Part shown: piece after piece, positions 45,530-56,110 of the stretch
Layout: every line of letters begins with the position of its first letter
Position numbering within the stretch: the first letter of the stretch is position 1
Source of the DNA: an uncultured Chloroflexia bacterium
Lineage (GTDB): Bacteria > Chloroflexota > Anaerolineae > CG2-30-64-16
Reading direction: 5' to 3'
Assembly (NCBI GenBank): GCA_963810095.1
Contig: CAWEMM010000006.1
Coordinates: 352,001-416,000 of the forward strand
DNA length: 64,000 bases
The notes under the pieces: generated by a model
Seen by the model: only the letters and a program-made list of their open reading frames with translations
What the model was told of the DNA's origin: nothing
Databases searched by the model: none
Made by a program: the position numbers and the translations under genes

Positions 45530-48259
45530 ATGAAGGCGAAATTCCTGCTGATGACGTTCATCCTCGGGGCGGCGCTCGGCTTCGCCGGCCTGCCTGCGCT
45601 GGCACATCGTGCCCCTGCCCCGGGCCAGGCCGCTGCGGAGCCAACGTCCGGGCGGTGGGAGCTGATCTACGAGGAGCACGGGCTCCGTATCGACCCGCCG
45701 GGGGAACGCGCGCTTGTCGTGGATCGTGCCGGGGTAACCCATGCGGTGTACGGCGGCTCGGGGCTGTACTATGAGCGCCGTGTGGGCGATACCTGGCAAC
45801 ACGAGGTCGCGGATCCGGCGCCCGCCGCCGGCAACGGCGCTTCTATCGCGGTTGATCTTTCTAACCAGGTGCATGTCTGTTATCTGTTCGGGGAACCAGC
45901 AGAGTTGCGGCATGCCTGGCGTGACGCGGCCGGCTGGCACAGAGAGACCGTCACGACAGCCATCGATTCAAGCCGTCGCTGTTCCATCGCGGCGGGAGCG
46001 GGAACCTCCCTGGGTATCGCGTTCCGTGGCCCTGGAGGCGAGGTGATCTACGCGTATCGGGATACGACCTCATGGCACCGAGAGACGCTGGCCACCGGCC
46101 TCTATCCCGACAGCTTCTCACTGCTGATCGACGGCACCACGCCGCTGCTGGCTGTGAGCGGACAGGGGCTCTATTACTTCTACCGCACCACGGCGGGATG
46201 GGAGCAGGAGAAGGTGGCGGACGTCGCGTACAGCGCATCGATAGCGGCCGGCGGCGGCATCTTGCGGATCGCGTACCCGAAATCGGAGGAGCTGGCGCTT
46301 GCAACCCGCTCGGGCGGGAGGTGGCAATCCGAGACGGTCGCGACGGGCGAGGGAATTTTCGAAGCATCGCTGGCGGTGGATGCCGGGGGCAACCCGCACG
46401 TTGCCTACTACAACGGCGCGTCCGAACATACCCTTATGATTGCCAGCCGGGATTCCGATGGCTGGCACTCCGCACCCACCGGAAGCGTCGCGAGCAGGAA
46501 CACGCCACACGTATCGCTCGCGCTTCGAGGCGAAACGCCCGTGCTTGCCGAGTGCAAGGAGTGCGACGGTTATTACCCGATCGCCGATAAGGCGCAGGTC
46601 GACGTAACAGTGCTGGACACGGCGGGCGCGACCACCGAGACCCTGGCCGCCGCCTACTTTGTAGGGCAGAAGCAGAAGCTGGCGATGCAAGGGGACGGCA
46701 CGGTCCACCTCGTCTATTCGGACAGCCGGTACGACAACCCGCTCTACCTTAGGCAGGACAACGGCTCGTGGAAGCGTGAGACGATCGCGGGCGCCTCGGT
46801 CACGGACGCGCTCGCACTCGACAGCCACGGCCGGCCGCACATCGCCTTCGCGGACGCGCAGGGGGTGCATCACGGCGCTTGGGATGGGTCCGTGTGGCAT
46901 TTCGAGGCAGTCGCGCCCTCCCCGGCGGCCGATCCTGCCCTCGCCCTGGACGCGCAGGACGGGCCGCACCTCGCCTGGACAGACGATACCGGGCTGCAAC
47001 TCGGCTGGAAGACCGGCGGACAGTGGTCGCGCGAACGAGCGGCAGCAGGATCCGTGCAAGCGCCCGCCATCGGCATCGACGCATCCGGAACCACCCATGT
47101 CAGCTATAGCGACGCGAGCGGCCTGCGTTATGCCTACAAGTATGATGGCCGCTGGTTCCGCGGATACCCGGCACCGCTGCGTGCGGTAACCGGGCCCGCG
47201 GCGCTGGTGCTGGATACGCCGGGTGCCTCCTATCTCGGTCTTCTCGCGACGTGTTACATGCCGAACGGCGACGTGCTGAGCCAGCCTGGGGCCGCGCTGC
47301 GCATGGGGCGGGAGTGGCGGTTCGAAGAACTAGGAGAATGCTCTTACGCCGCGGGTGCGGCTTCGCTGGCCGCCAGCGGCGACGGCGAGGTGCGCGCTGC
47401 GTACGGGATAGGGGCTTTCCCGTACGAGCTCCGCTACGCGCGGCGAGTGGCGGGCCAGTGGCAGGCCGAGACGGTTTACCGGTCAGAGCGCCAATGGGAC
47501 ATCCTCCAGCAGCTTCCGGCCTCGCTCGCCCTGGATGGCACGGGTCGGCCGACCATTAGCCACTACAACCCTGACACACTCGGCCTGGCAATCTTCCGCT
47601 GGGTAGAGGCCCCCGCTACACCTACGCCCACGCCCGGCCCGACCCAGACGCCCTCCCTCACTTGCCTGACGCCCACGCCCGCGGCCCCTTACACGGGCGT
47701 GCCGCCCGCGTCTGGCGCGGTTCAGCGCCAGGTCGTTCACTGCGCCGATGACGCCTACGTGCGCGTCGACACGGACCTCATTCTCTACGACGCGGGGTAC
47801 GTGCGCATGGGGGCGCGTAATGACGGGTCGATCCCCTACGTCTCGGCCTTCCTGTTCCGCGACGTGCGCGTCCCGCGTGGCGCCGACATTACTTCGGCGA
47901 GGCTGCGCCTGCAGCCCGAGCTCCATTCGGAGGGGACAACTGTGGCGGTGTCGATCGCCGGCGAGCTGCACGGCCAGTCCGGCGACTTCAACCCGAACAA
48001 CTGGTGGCCGCAGGACCGCCCCCGCACCGTTGCGCGTGTCGGCTGGACCGTGCCCGCGACGCTCACCACCCCGGTGGACTCGCCCGACATCGCCGCAATC
48101 GTCGAGGAAATCGTCGCCCTGCCCGGCTGGAAACCGGGCAATAACATTGCGATCCTGGTCGATGCCATGGAAGGGACTAATGCGTGGATCAACTGGCATG
48201 CGTACGATGGAAAGCCGGCAGCCGCGGCCCAGTTATCGCTGAGCTACCAGCCGAAGTAG
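45530..48259 (+). CDS. Secreted beta-propeller-like repeat protein with PT linker and C-terminal beta-sandwich domain
   Basis: Signal peptide; same repeats as upstream gene; ADDAYV..FRDVRVPRGA.ITSA.L..SPDIAAIVEEIV..PGW domain. Confidence 0.78.
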   Translation: MKAKFLLMTFILGAALGFAGLPALAHRAPAPGQAAAEPTSGRWELIYEEHGLRIDPPGERALVVDRAGVTHAVYGGSGLYYERRVGDTWQHEVADPAPAAGNGASIAVDLSNQVHVCYLFGEPAELRHAWRDAAGWHRETVTTAIDSSRRCSIAAGAGTSLGIAFRGPGGEVIYAYRDTTSWHRETLATGLYPDSFSLLIDGTTPLLAVSGQGLYYFYRTTAGWEQEKVADVAYSASIAAGGGILRIAYPKSEELALATRSGGRWQSETVATGEGIFEASLAVDAGGNPHVAYYNGASEHTLMIASRDSDGWHSAPTGSVASRNTPHVSLALRGETPVLAECKECDGYYPIADKAQVDVTVLDTAGATTETLAAAYFVGQKQKLAMQGDGTVHLVYSDSRYDNPLYLRQDNGSWKRETIAGASVTDALALDSHGRPHIAFADAQGVHHGAWDGSVWHFEAVAPSPAADPALALDAQDGPHLAWTDDTGLQLGWKTGGQWSRERAAAGSVQAPAIGIDASGTTHVSYSDASGLRYAYKYDGRWFRGYPAPLRAVTGPAALVLDTPGASYLGLLATCYMPNGDVLSQPGAALRMGREWRFEELGECSYAAGAASLAASGDGEVRAAYGIGAFPYELRYARRVAGQWQAETVYRSERQWDILQQLPASLALDGTGRPTISHYNPDTLGLAIFRWVEAPATPTPTPGPTQTPSLTCLTPTPAAPYTGVPPASGAVQRQVVHCADDAYVRVDTDLILYDAGYVRMGARNDGSIPYVSAFLFRDVRVPRGADITSARLRLQPELHSEGTTVAVSIAGELHGQSGDFNPNNWWPQDRPRTVARVGWTVPATLTTPVDSPDIAAIVEEIVALPGWKPGNNIAILVDAMEGTNAWINWHAYDGKPAAAAQLSLSYQPK

Positions 48260-48350
48260 GGGCCGCCGAGCCGGGACTGGCAAAAATCTCGCTAGAAAGT
48301 TGACTTAGTGTCTATCCGAAAACTCGTTAGGATGCCAAACGCCGCAACAA

Positions 48351-48442
48351 GAGCATCCTGAGCGTAAGCCCGAAGGGCTGTAGTCGAAGGATGCGCTGTG
48401 CGTTCCAGCCTGTCGCATCCTTCGACTACGCTCAGGATACTC
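48351..48442. repeat. REP-like inverted repeat CATCCTGAGCG..GTCGAAGG / CCTTCGAC..CGCTCAGGAT
   Basis: Long imperfect palindrome between convergent genes, with GCCCGAAGGGC hairpin inserted in the left arm. Confidence 0.75.
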
Positions 48443-48470
48443 ACGCTCTGATAGATTTACGGACACGCTT

Positions 48471-49877
48471 TTAGTACGCGGCTTTGTCGAAAAACGCCCT
48501 GAGTCCCGTGCGGATGATAATCTTGAAGTCGAGCCAGAGGGACCAGTTCTCGATGTACCACAGGTCGTACTTGGTCCGCTCCGCGATGGAGGTGTCGCCG
48601 CGCAAGCCGTTGATCTGCGCCCAGCCCGTGATGCCGGCCTTTTCGCGGTGCCGCTCCATGTACCGGGGGATGCTTTGGCGGAACTGGTCGACGTACGAGG
48701 GTTGCTCGGGACGCGGGCCAACCAGGCTCATGTCGCCCATGAGCACGTTGATGAACTGAGGGAACTCGTCGATCGAGGTCTTGCGGATCAACGCACCGAT
48801 GCGGGTGCGCCGGGGGTCGTCCTTTGTGGTCCAGTTGCCCAGCCGTTCCGCATCCGCCCGCATGGAGCGGAACTTGAGCATCTTGAACGGCTTTGCGTCC
48901 AGCCCCATGCGCTCCTGGACGAAGAAGACGGGGCCCGGCGAATCCAGCTTGATCACGACGGCGGTCAGAAGCATCAGCGGAGCCGTGAAGAGCAGGAATA
49001 GGCCGCTGAAAAGGATGTCGACCGCCCGCTTGAGCGTCAGCTTCCAGCCCCGCAGCGCCACATCGCGGATGGTCAGCAGGGGCAGGCCCGCCAGGTCGCT
49101 GATCGTGACTTCGGACGCCATGATCTGGAACACGTCGGGGAAGACGCGGATGCTCACCTTCTCGCGCTCGCACTGGGAGATAATACCGACCAGTTCCTGG
49201 TGCGTCGCCTCGGGCAGGCCAATGACGACCTCGGCAATCTGGCAATCTTCGATCACCCGGGGCAGGTCTTCGACGTGGCCCAGCACCGGCAGGCCGAGCA
49301 CCTGGTCGGTTCCGCGTGCATGGCCGCCCGTGCCGTTCGTCCCCGCATCCGCAAAACCGACCACCTGGTAACCCAGCCCCGGCGTCTGCTGCATCTTTTG
49401 CAAGATCATCCGGCCCACTTCGCCCGTGCCGACGATCAGCACCCGCTCCGCGCCCACGCCCCGCCGCTGGAGCCAGCGGTGGATCCGGCTGTGGATGGCC
49501 CGGCCGCTCGTGATGGTGACGAGTGAAACGGCCCACGCGATGAGCATCAAGGCGCGCTGGAACTGGAGGGTGTCTTTGAGCGCGAAGGCGATAAATGCCA
49601 CCGCAATCAACGCGGCCACCGTGATGGCGCCGATCAGGCGGTAGATTTCGTCGAGAAGCAGCAGCGCATAACGCCGGTGATAGAACTTGTAGAAGAAGAA
49701 GACGACGACCGTGCTGACGGCCAGCGTTGTCCCCAGCGCGAAATAGTCGACAAACGGGCCGATGTCGGGGCCGCGCGTGGCCAGGCGGATCAGGTACGCG
49801 ATGAAGAACGCCAACCCGCTCATGGCCAGGTCGACGACGACGAGAGAGAGATTGTACACCACGCGCGGGCGTCTCAT
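48471..49877 (-). CDS. wcaJ: Undecaprenyl-phosphate glucose phosphotransferase (WcaJ-like)
   Basis: [39 protein letters not shown]. Confidence 0.9.
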   Translation of the reverse strand: MRRPRVVYNLSLVVVDLAMSGLAFFIAYLIRLATRGPDIGPFVDYFALGTTLAVSTVVVFFFYKFYHRRYALLLLDEIYRLIGAITVAALIAVAFIAFALKDTLQFQRALMLIAWAVSLVTITSGRAIHSRIHRWLQRRGVGAERVLIVGTGEVGRMILQKMQQTPGLGYQVVGFADAGTNGTGGHARGTDQVLGLPVLGHVEDLPRVIEDCQIAEVVIGLPEATHQELVGIISQCEREKVSIRVFPDVFQIMASEVTISDLAGLPLLTIRDVALRGWKLTLKRAVDILFSGLFLLFTAPLMLLTAVVIKLDSPGPVFFVQERMGLDAKPFKMLKFRSMRADAERLGNWTTKDDPRRTRIGALIRKTSIDEFPQFINVLMGDMSLVGPRPEQPSYVDQFRQSIPRYMERHREKAGITGWAQINGLRGDTSIAERTKYDLWYIENWSLWLDFKIIIRTGLRAFFDKAAY

Positions 49878-50879
49878 CTCGGACGCCCCCCTGCGGCCGG
49901 CGCGGCGTACTGGCCCCGCCAGCGGCGCAGCGACAGGTCCAGCCAGCCAAAGAAGCCGACTCCGCCGCGCACGAGCCAATCCAGCCAGAACGGAGTGGTG
50001 GCGCGGTAGTGCTTGTCGTAGAAGATGTTCATCGCCCGGTAGAACTCGACGCGCGCCTTGTACGAGAAACGACTGGCCGCCTCCTTCACGTGCAGCACGG
50101 TGACCCGGCCGTTGTACCAGACCTCCCAACCGCAGTCGGTGATGCGCTTCGCCCAGTCCAGGTCTTCGCCGTACATGAAGAAAGCGTCGTCCAGCAGGCC
50201 CGCCGCCGCAATCGCCTCGGCCCGCACGAGCATGAACGCGCCCACGATGGCGTCCACTCGGGCCACGGCGTCGAGGGGTAGATACGTCAGGTTGTAACGC
50301 GCGAACCGCCGGCTCTGCGGAAAGAGACGGTCGAGGTAGAGCATGTGATAGAGCGAAGTCTGCGGCGTGGGAAACGAGCGCCGGCAAGCCTTGTCGAGCG
50401 AGCCGTCGAGCCGCACGAGTCGCGGGCCGGCCACGCCGGCCTTCGGCCGGCTCTCCAGGAACCCGACCATCCGCGCCAGGGCGTCAGCGGGCAAGACGGT
50501 GTCCGGGTTGAGCAGGAGCGCGTGCCGTGGCAGCAGGGCTGGGGTGAGGCCCGCGCTCGCCTCGTCTGCGAAGCCGTAGAGGCGGAGGCCCTGGTTGTTG
50601 GCGGCTGGATACCCGGCGTTCACCTGGTTGGCGATCACCCGCACCTGGGGAAAATCCCGGCGCACCATCGCCACGCTCCCGTCGGGCGACGCGTTGTCGA
50701 CCACACACACGTCGACGACCAGAGCCGCGGGGGTTTGGGCCGCGTTCCTCGGGCGCCAGGCGCGCCATATCTGTCTGGCTGGCAAAGACAGAACGTAAGC
50801 AATCGCGCAGCAGATCACAAGTGTTGTAATTTACTATAATGACCGCGAGATCGGGGCAAGCGGAGACCGTTGCGTCCAT
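49874..50879 (-). CDS. GT2 glycosyltransferase, frameshifted
   Basis: [31 protein letters not shown]; ATGA overlap with wcaJ. Confidence 0.88.
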
Positions 50880-51053
50880 TGTGCAAGACATTATACACGT
50901 CCCGATGTTAAGGGTCAATTGTCGTAACGAAGCCGTCGCAGGTGGTCCGTCCATCAGTTACCGGCGGTACGGCGTGGCTGCGCTGGTGATTTGTGCTACA
51001 ATAACGTTGGTTTGTGGGCGCAGCCGTAATGAACAGAGAGGGGTGGAGGGTCG

Positions 51054-53324
51054 ATGCAGATACGAGGGCGAACAATGGCGGCGTTATTGCTCATCACCCT
51101 GTTCGCATCGTGGGCCGCGGTCGCACCCTCGCCCGCGCCCGTCTACGCAGCAGCGCCCGCGCCTGTCCAGACATGCACGGAGGTCGTCACCAACGGCGGC
51201 TTTGAGACGACCGGCGGCTGGCAGTTCGGCGCGAGCGAGGTTCCCGCGCAGGTTGTGACCTCCACGGCCCACTCGGGCACGCACTCGCTTCAACTCGGCA
51301 TCACCGGCGGGGCCAATAGCGAGAGCTACTCCTCTGCACGCCAGACCGTCACGATTCCCCCCGGCGCATCGCAGGTCACCCTGTCGTACTGGGTTTACGC
51401 CCAAGCCAACAACCCGTCGGCAGGCGACACGATGGAATTGGCGCTTTTGAGCGAGGACGGCTCGGTGGTGCTGGCCAAGCCATGGGAGTCGCACAGCGAC
51501 AACCGCGTCTGGAACCAGATGGCCTTCGACCTGAGCTCATGGCAGGGCCAGACCATCCAGCTTTACTTCAACGTCTATAACGACGGCAAGGGCGGCAAAA
51601 CCTCGATGTTCCTCGACGACGTATCGCTGACCGCTTGCCCCGTCGCCCCCACGACCGGTACACCGACGCCCACCGGCGCCCCCACGGCCACCCCGACCGC
51701 CACCTTTATCCCGGCGACTGCGACGCCAAGCCCTACGCCGGGTTGCACAGACCTGATCCGCAACGGCTCGTTCAGCAGCGGCCTGAGCGATTGGGAGACG
51801 GCCGGCGATCCCGGCAGCGTCACGCTCTCCACGGATCCTGTTTACAGCGCACCCAGCGCGCTGCGACTGGGCTCGCTGGACGTTCCGCTCAGCGGGCTGG
51901 CGACGGCACGACAAAGGGTGACCATCCCATCCAACGCGCCTGCCGTCACGCTTGACGTCTGGATCCTGACACAATCTCAGCCGGGCGCCGGCGCCGACTA
52001 CCAGGAGATAGCGCTGCTCAACGCCACGGGCGGCCTGCTCTACGTGCCCTACCGGGGCCCGGCCAACGACAACGCCTGGGTGCGCCTGCAGTTCAACCTG
52101 GCCGCGTTCGCCGGGCAAACCGTCTACCTGCGCTTTGCGGTGAACAACGATGGCGGCGACGGACGCACGGTCATGTACGTCGATGACGTCCGCTTGACGG
52201 CTTGTAGTTCCGGGATAACACCCACGGCCGCGCCGACCTGGACCTTCACGCCCGCACCCGCTCTCCCCACCTGGACCCCGGCTCCCACCTGGACGCCTGA
52301 GCCGCCGGCACCGGTCACGCCCATGGGGCCGGTCGTGCCGGTTATGCCGGCCGGCTGCGCCGAGCTGACGCAGAACGGTGGATTCGAAGCGGGGCTGGCA
52401 GGCTGGGTCCCCGGCGCCAACCCTGTCAGCCCGGCTGTCGTCACGTCGCCGGTGCTGGCGGGCGCGTACGCCGCACAGATGGGGTCACAGGTCGAAAACG
52501 CCAACAGCTACTCGTCGATCCGCCAGACGGTGACCGTGCCGGCCGGCTTCGCACGTACCTTTGTTAGCTTCTGGACCTACACCTGGGCCGAATTGCCGGC
52601 GGGCGCCGACCGGCAGCAGTTCGTCTTGCTGGGACCGGGCAACGTCGTCTGGGCGGCACCCTGGAAGGTGCTCGAGAATGGGCAGGCTTGGGAACAGCAT
52701 ATCTTCGAGCTGGTGGGGGTCGGAGGGCAGACGTTCGACCTCTATTTCGGGGTGGTCAACGACGGAACGGGCGGGCGCACGGCGCTCTACCTCGACGAAG
52801 TGCACTTGTGGGGATGTGGCGGCGACCTCTCGCCCGCGCTGACGACGAACGCCGCGCCGGCAGCGGCCGAGAGCGGGTTGATGGTCGACGTGCAGGGCAC
52901 GCCGCAGCTCCCGCAGACCGTGCCGGTACCGCAGGTCTATCCAGTGGAGACCCTGCCGGCCCTGGTCGCGCCCGAGGAAATCGCGGGCGCGGCGGCCGAA
53001 ATGGTTCCGACGGCCGAAGCCCAATGGACTGTCGTCGCAATCGGCGGCGCAGCCCAACCGCTGCAGGGTGCCGGAGTCATTTCGTCTGGCCAGGCGATAC
53101 CTGGGGGCACGCCCTTGGCAGAGATCCCGGCAGGCGCGGTCGCGGTGCCGGGCGCGCAGGCGACTGCCACGCCGATCGTTACGATCTCCACGACTCCGCA
53201 GCCTGCAAGCTTCCTGAACAACCTCACCGCGCGCTGGCCGCCGAACTGGCCGCTGATCCTGATCGGCATCATTGTCGCGGTGATTATCATTGTGCTGATC
53301 ATACGTGCCCGACAGAGGTCGTAG
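51054..53324 (+). CDS. Membrane-anchored surface protein with three CBM-like jelly-roll domains and Pro/Thr linkers
   Basis: Three repeats of C..NG.F..DD/EV.L..C; C-terminal TM followed by RARQRS. Confidence 0.75.
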   Translation: MQIRGRTMAALLLITLFASWAAVAPSPAPVYAAAPAPVQTCTEVVTNGGFETTGGWQFGASEVPAQVVTSTAHSGTHSLQLGITGGANSESYSSARQTVTIPPGASQVTLSYWVYAQANNPSAGDTMELALLSEDGSVVLAKPWESHSDNRVWNQMAFDLSSWQGQTIQLYFNVYNDGKGGKTSMFLDDVSLTACPVAPTTGTPTPTGAPTATPTATFIPATATPSPTPGCTDLIRNGSFSSGLSDWETAGDPGSVTLSTDPVYSAPSALRLGSLDVPLSGLATARQRVTIPSNAPAVTLDVWILTQSQPGAGADYQEIALLNATGGLLYVPYRGPANDNAWVRLQFNLAAFAGQTVYLRFAVNNDGGDGRTVMYVDDVRLTACSSGITPTAAPTWTFTPAPALPTWTPAPTWTPEPPAPVTPMGPVVPVMPAGCAELTQNGGFEAGLAGWVPGANPVSPAVVTSPVLAGAYAAQMGSQVENANSYSSIRQTVTVPAGFARTFVSFWTYTWAELPAGADRQQFVLLGPGNVVWAAPWKVLENGQAWEQHIFELVGVGGQTFDLYFGVVNDGTGGRTALYLDEVHLWGCGGDLSPALTTNAAPAAAESGLMVDVQGTPQLPQTVPVPQVYPVETLPALVAPEEIAGAAAEMVPTAEAQWTVVAIGGAAQPLQGAGVISSGQAIPGGTPLAEIPAGAVAVPGAQATATPIVTISTTPQPASFLNNLTARWPPNWPLILIGIIVAVIIIVLIIRARQRS

Positions 53325-53393
53325 GCGTGCGGCGCCGCAGGCTGCTGCACGTTCAGACACGAGCGGAGCATACCTGGGAAAGGAACGCCCCGA

Positions 53394-54521
53394 GTGGATT
53401 GGACCCTATACCGAGACGAGAGCGGGTTTGACGCGCTCAAGGACGAGTGGAACGGGCTGCTCAAGCGCAGCCGCTTTGATACGATTTTCCTGACCTGGGA
53501 GTGGCAGACAACCTGGTGGCAGCATCTTGGGCGCAGCCGCGGGCCGCTGTATATCCTGGCCGGGCGCGACGCCGGGGGCGGGGCGGGCCCGGGTCCACTT
53601 GTCGCAATCATCCCCCTCTACCTCCAGGAAGACGGCGGGCAGGTCCTCCAGGTGGTCGGCTGCATCGAGGTGTCAGACTATCTCGACCTGATCATCGAGT
53701 CGGGGCGTGAAGAAGAGATCTACCAGGACTTTCTGAAATGGCTGGCCGGCCCCGACGCGCCCCAGTGGGACAGCGTCGACCTGTGCAACCAGCCGGGCGT
53801 CTCGCTGAGCCACACCCGCCTCCCCGAGCTTGCGCTGGCCGCGGGGTGCGAGGTCGAGGTGTTCCAGGAGGACGTCTGTCCCATCATCGCGCTGCCCAGC
53901 CCCGCCGCAGGCCAGGACGGTGTGGCGGCTGCCTGGGAGGCGTATCTCGAGACGCTGGACAAGAAGGAGCGGCACGAAATTCGCCGCAAGCTGCGCCGCC
54001 TCGAACGCGAGGCGCCCGACGCCGAGGTCAGGTACGTCGACGGCACGGGCCAGAGCGCTGCCGACCTGAACGCGGCCGTCGACGCCTTCATCGGGCTGCA
54101 CCGCAACAGCCGCTCGGACAAGCATGCGTTCATGACGCCCGAGATGCAGGCGTACTTCCGGGCGATTGCCGAGGTCCTGGCCGCCCAGGGCTGGCTCCAG
54201 CTCTCGTTCCTCGAGATCGGCGGGCAGGCGGTGGCCAGCTACTTCTGCTTCGACTACGGCGACGAATCGAGGCGCGACATCCTGGTTTACAATTCCGGCT
54301 ATGATCCGGGCGGCGTGCCCCAGCTCAGCCCCGGCTGGGTGCTGCTGGGCCGCGTGATCGAGCACGCCATCCGCCTCGGCCGGCGCAACTTCGATTTTCT
54401 GCAGGGCGACGAGGATTACAAGCATCGCTTTGGCGGCGTGGACACGCCCGTGTTCCGCACGATCATCCGGCGAAAGCACCTTCGGGCGTCAGCGAATCCC
54501 GAAGATCTCGCAGGCAACTAA
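53394..54521 (+). CDS. GNAT family (Acetyltransf_6, CelD/BcsL-like)
   Basis: FLTWEW, SDYLD, YNSGYD..SPG, FDFLQGDEDYK. Confidence 0.85.
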   Translation: MDWTLYRDESGFDALKDEWNGLLKRSRFDTIFLTWEWQTTWWQHLGRSRGPLYILAGRDAGGGAGPGPLVAIIPLYLQEDGGQVLQVVGCIEVSDYLDLIIESGREEEIYQDFLKWLAGPDAPQWDSVDLCNQPGVSLSHTRLPELALAAGCEVEVFQEDVCPIIALPSPAAGQDGVAAAWEAYLETLDKKERHEIRRKLRRLEREAPDAEVRYVDGTGQSAADLNAAVDAFIGLHRNSRSDKHAFMTPEMQAYFRAIAEVLAAQGWLQLSFLEIGGQAVASYFCFDYGDESRRDILVYNSGYDPGGVPQLSPGWVLLGRVIEHAIRLGRRNFDFLQGDEDYKHRFGGVDTPVFRTIIRRKHLRASANPEDLAGN

Positions 54522-54522
54522 G

Positions 54523-55089
54523 ATGCGCGTCATCGCAGGTTCTGCCAAAGGCCGCACCCTCGCGGCCGTGCCCGGTGACAGCACTCGGCCGATTACCGAT
54601 CGGACGAAGGCGGCGCTCTTCAGCATCCTGACGTCGGCGGAGATGGTCGAGGGGAAGCGCTACCTCGACCTGTTCGGCGGGACCGGCGCGGTCGGCATCG
54701 AGGCGCTCAGCCGGGATGCGGCGGAAGCCGTGTTCTGCGAGCGCGATCGAAAGGCCCTCGAGACGCTCCGGCGCAATCTCGGGGACACCGGGCTCGCAGA
54801 GCACGGCAGGGTTGTCCCCGGCGACGCGTTCGCCTATCTCGCGCGCCCCGACCTCCAGCCGTTCGACGTCATCTACCTTGCGCCGCCTCAATACAAAGGG
54901 ATGTGGTTGAAGGCGCTGCAGGCGGTGGACGAGCGGCCCCAAATCCTTGCGGCGGGCGGGCTCGTGATCGTGCAAATCTTTCCCAAGGAATGGAACGAGC
55001 CCACGCTGGCGCACCTCGTGCAGATCGACCGCCGCCAGTACGGCAGCACCGCGCTGCACTTCTTCGCGGCCATGGCGAGGACCGAATAG
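54523..55089 (+). CDS. rsmD: 16S rRNA m2G966 methyltransferase RsmD
   Basis: MRVIAGSAKGR, TRPITDR, LDLFGGTGA.GIEALSR; LAPPQY in place of DPPY. Confidence 0.9.
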   Translation: MRVIAGSAKGRTLAAVPGDSTRPITDRTKAALFSILTSAEMVEGKRYLDLFGGTGAVGIEALSRDAAEAVFCERDRKALETLRRNLGDTGLAEHGRVVPGDAFAYLARPDLQPFDVIYLAPPQYKGMWLKALQAVDERPQILAAGGLVIVQIFPKEWNEPTLAHLVQIDRRQYGSTALHFFAAMARTE

Positions 55090-55137
55090 CACGCCCATGC
55101 AACTGATTGAACTGATCACCGCTGTCTTGCAGCGCGG

Positions 55138-56101
55138 GTGAGTGTCTATTCCCGTTTCACTGACGAGGCTCGTTCATTGATCGACCCAGAATCCCCTGCC
55201 GCCGCGACGATCACCCGGCGTCACGCCTGGTATCTCGCCGCGCGGCCGCGTACGCTGCCCGCTGCCGTGGCGCCGGTGGTGGTGGGCACGGCGTTGGCGC
55301 TCGCCGACCGGCTGTTTGATCCCTGGGCGGCGCTGGCCGCACTGCTGGCCGCGCTGCTGCTGCAAATAGCTTCCAATTTCGCCAACGACCTGGGGGATTT
55401 CGTCAAGGGCACAGACACCCCCGAGCGGGTCGGGCCGCTCCGGATGACGACCGCGGGCATCCTGTCCGCGTCCGACGTCAAGAAGGGCATCGTCGTCGTG
55501 CTCGCCCTGGCGGCCGTCTGTGGGCTCTACCTGATTCGGGTCGGCGGGTGGCCCATTCTGGCGGTGGGGTTGATCTCCATGCTGGCCGCGGTGGCGTACA
55601 CGTATGGGCCACTGCCGTTCGGCTATTTCGGGCTTAGGAGACGTGGCGACGTTCATCTTCTTTGGCTTTGTCGCCGTGGTTGGAACATACTACACGCAAG
55701 CGGCTGCGGCCGGATCGCCGGGGGCGCCGCTGCTCGTCTGGATCGCCGCCGTACCGATGGGCGCGCTCGTCACGGCAATCCTGGTCGTAAACAACGTACG
55801 GGATGCGGACACCGACCGGGCCGCAGGCAAACGAACGCTCGCGGTGGTGCTGGGGCGCCAGGGCGCGCGGGTCGAATACGTCGTCATGCTCGCCCTCGCC
55901 TACGCCGTGCCCCTCATCCTCTGGCTCGGCTTCAGCATGCGCCCCTGGGTGCTGCTGCCGTTCCTCACGCTGCCGCTGGCCGTGCGTCACGCCCGCGACC
56001 TCTGGACGGTGCTGGGCCCGCGCTTGAACAGGACGCTCGGCGGCACGGCCCAACTGGCCGTGCTGTATGCGCTGGCGTTTGCCGTCGGGCTCATTCTGTG
56101 A
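55138..56101 (+). CDS. menA: 1,4-dihydroxy-2-naphthoate polyprenyltransferase, frameshifted
   Basis: AARPRTLPA, NFANDLGD..KGTD, VNNVRD..TD..AGKRTL. Confidence 0.93.
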
Positions 56102-56110
56102 TCCTGGCCG

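Noticed and set aside
48471-50387. 638-aa WcaJ with long N-terminal extension
   Set aside because: The extension overlaps the GT2 gene in another frame; the likely start is ATG 49877 (ATGA overlap)
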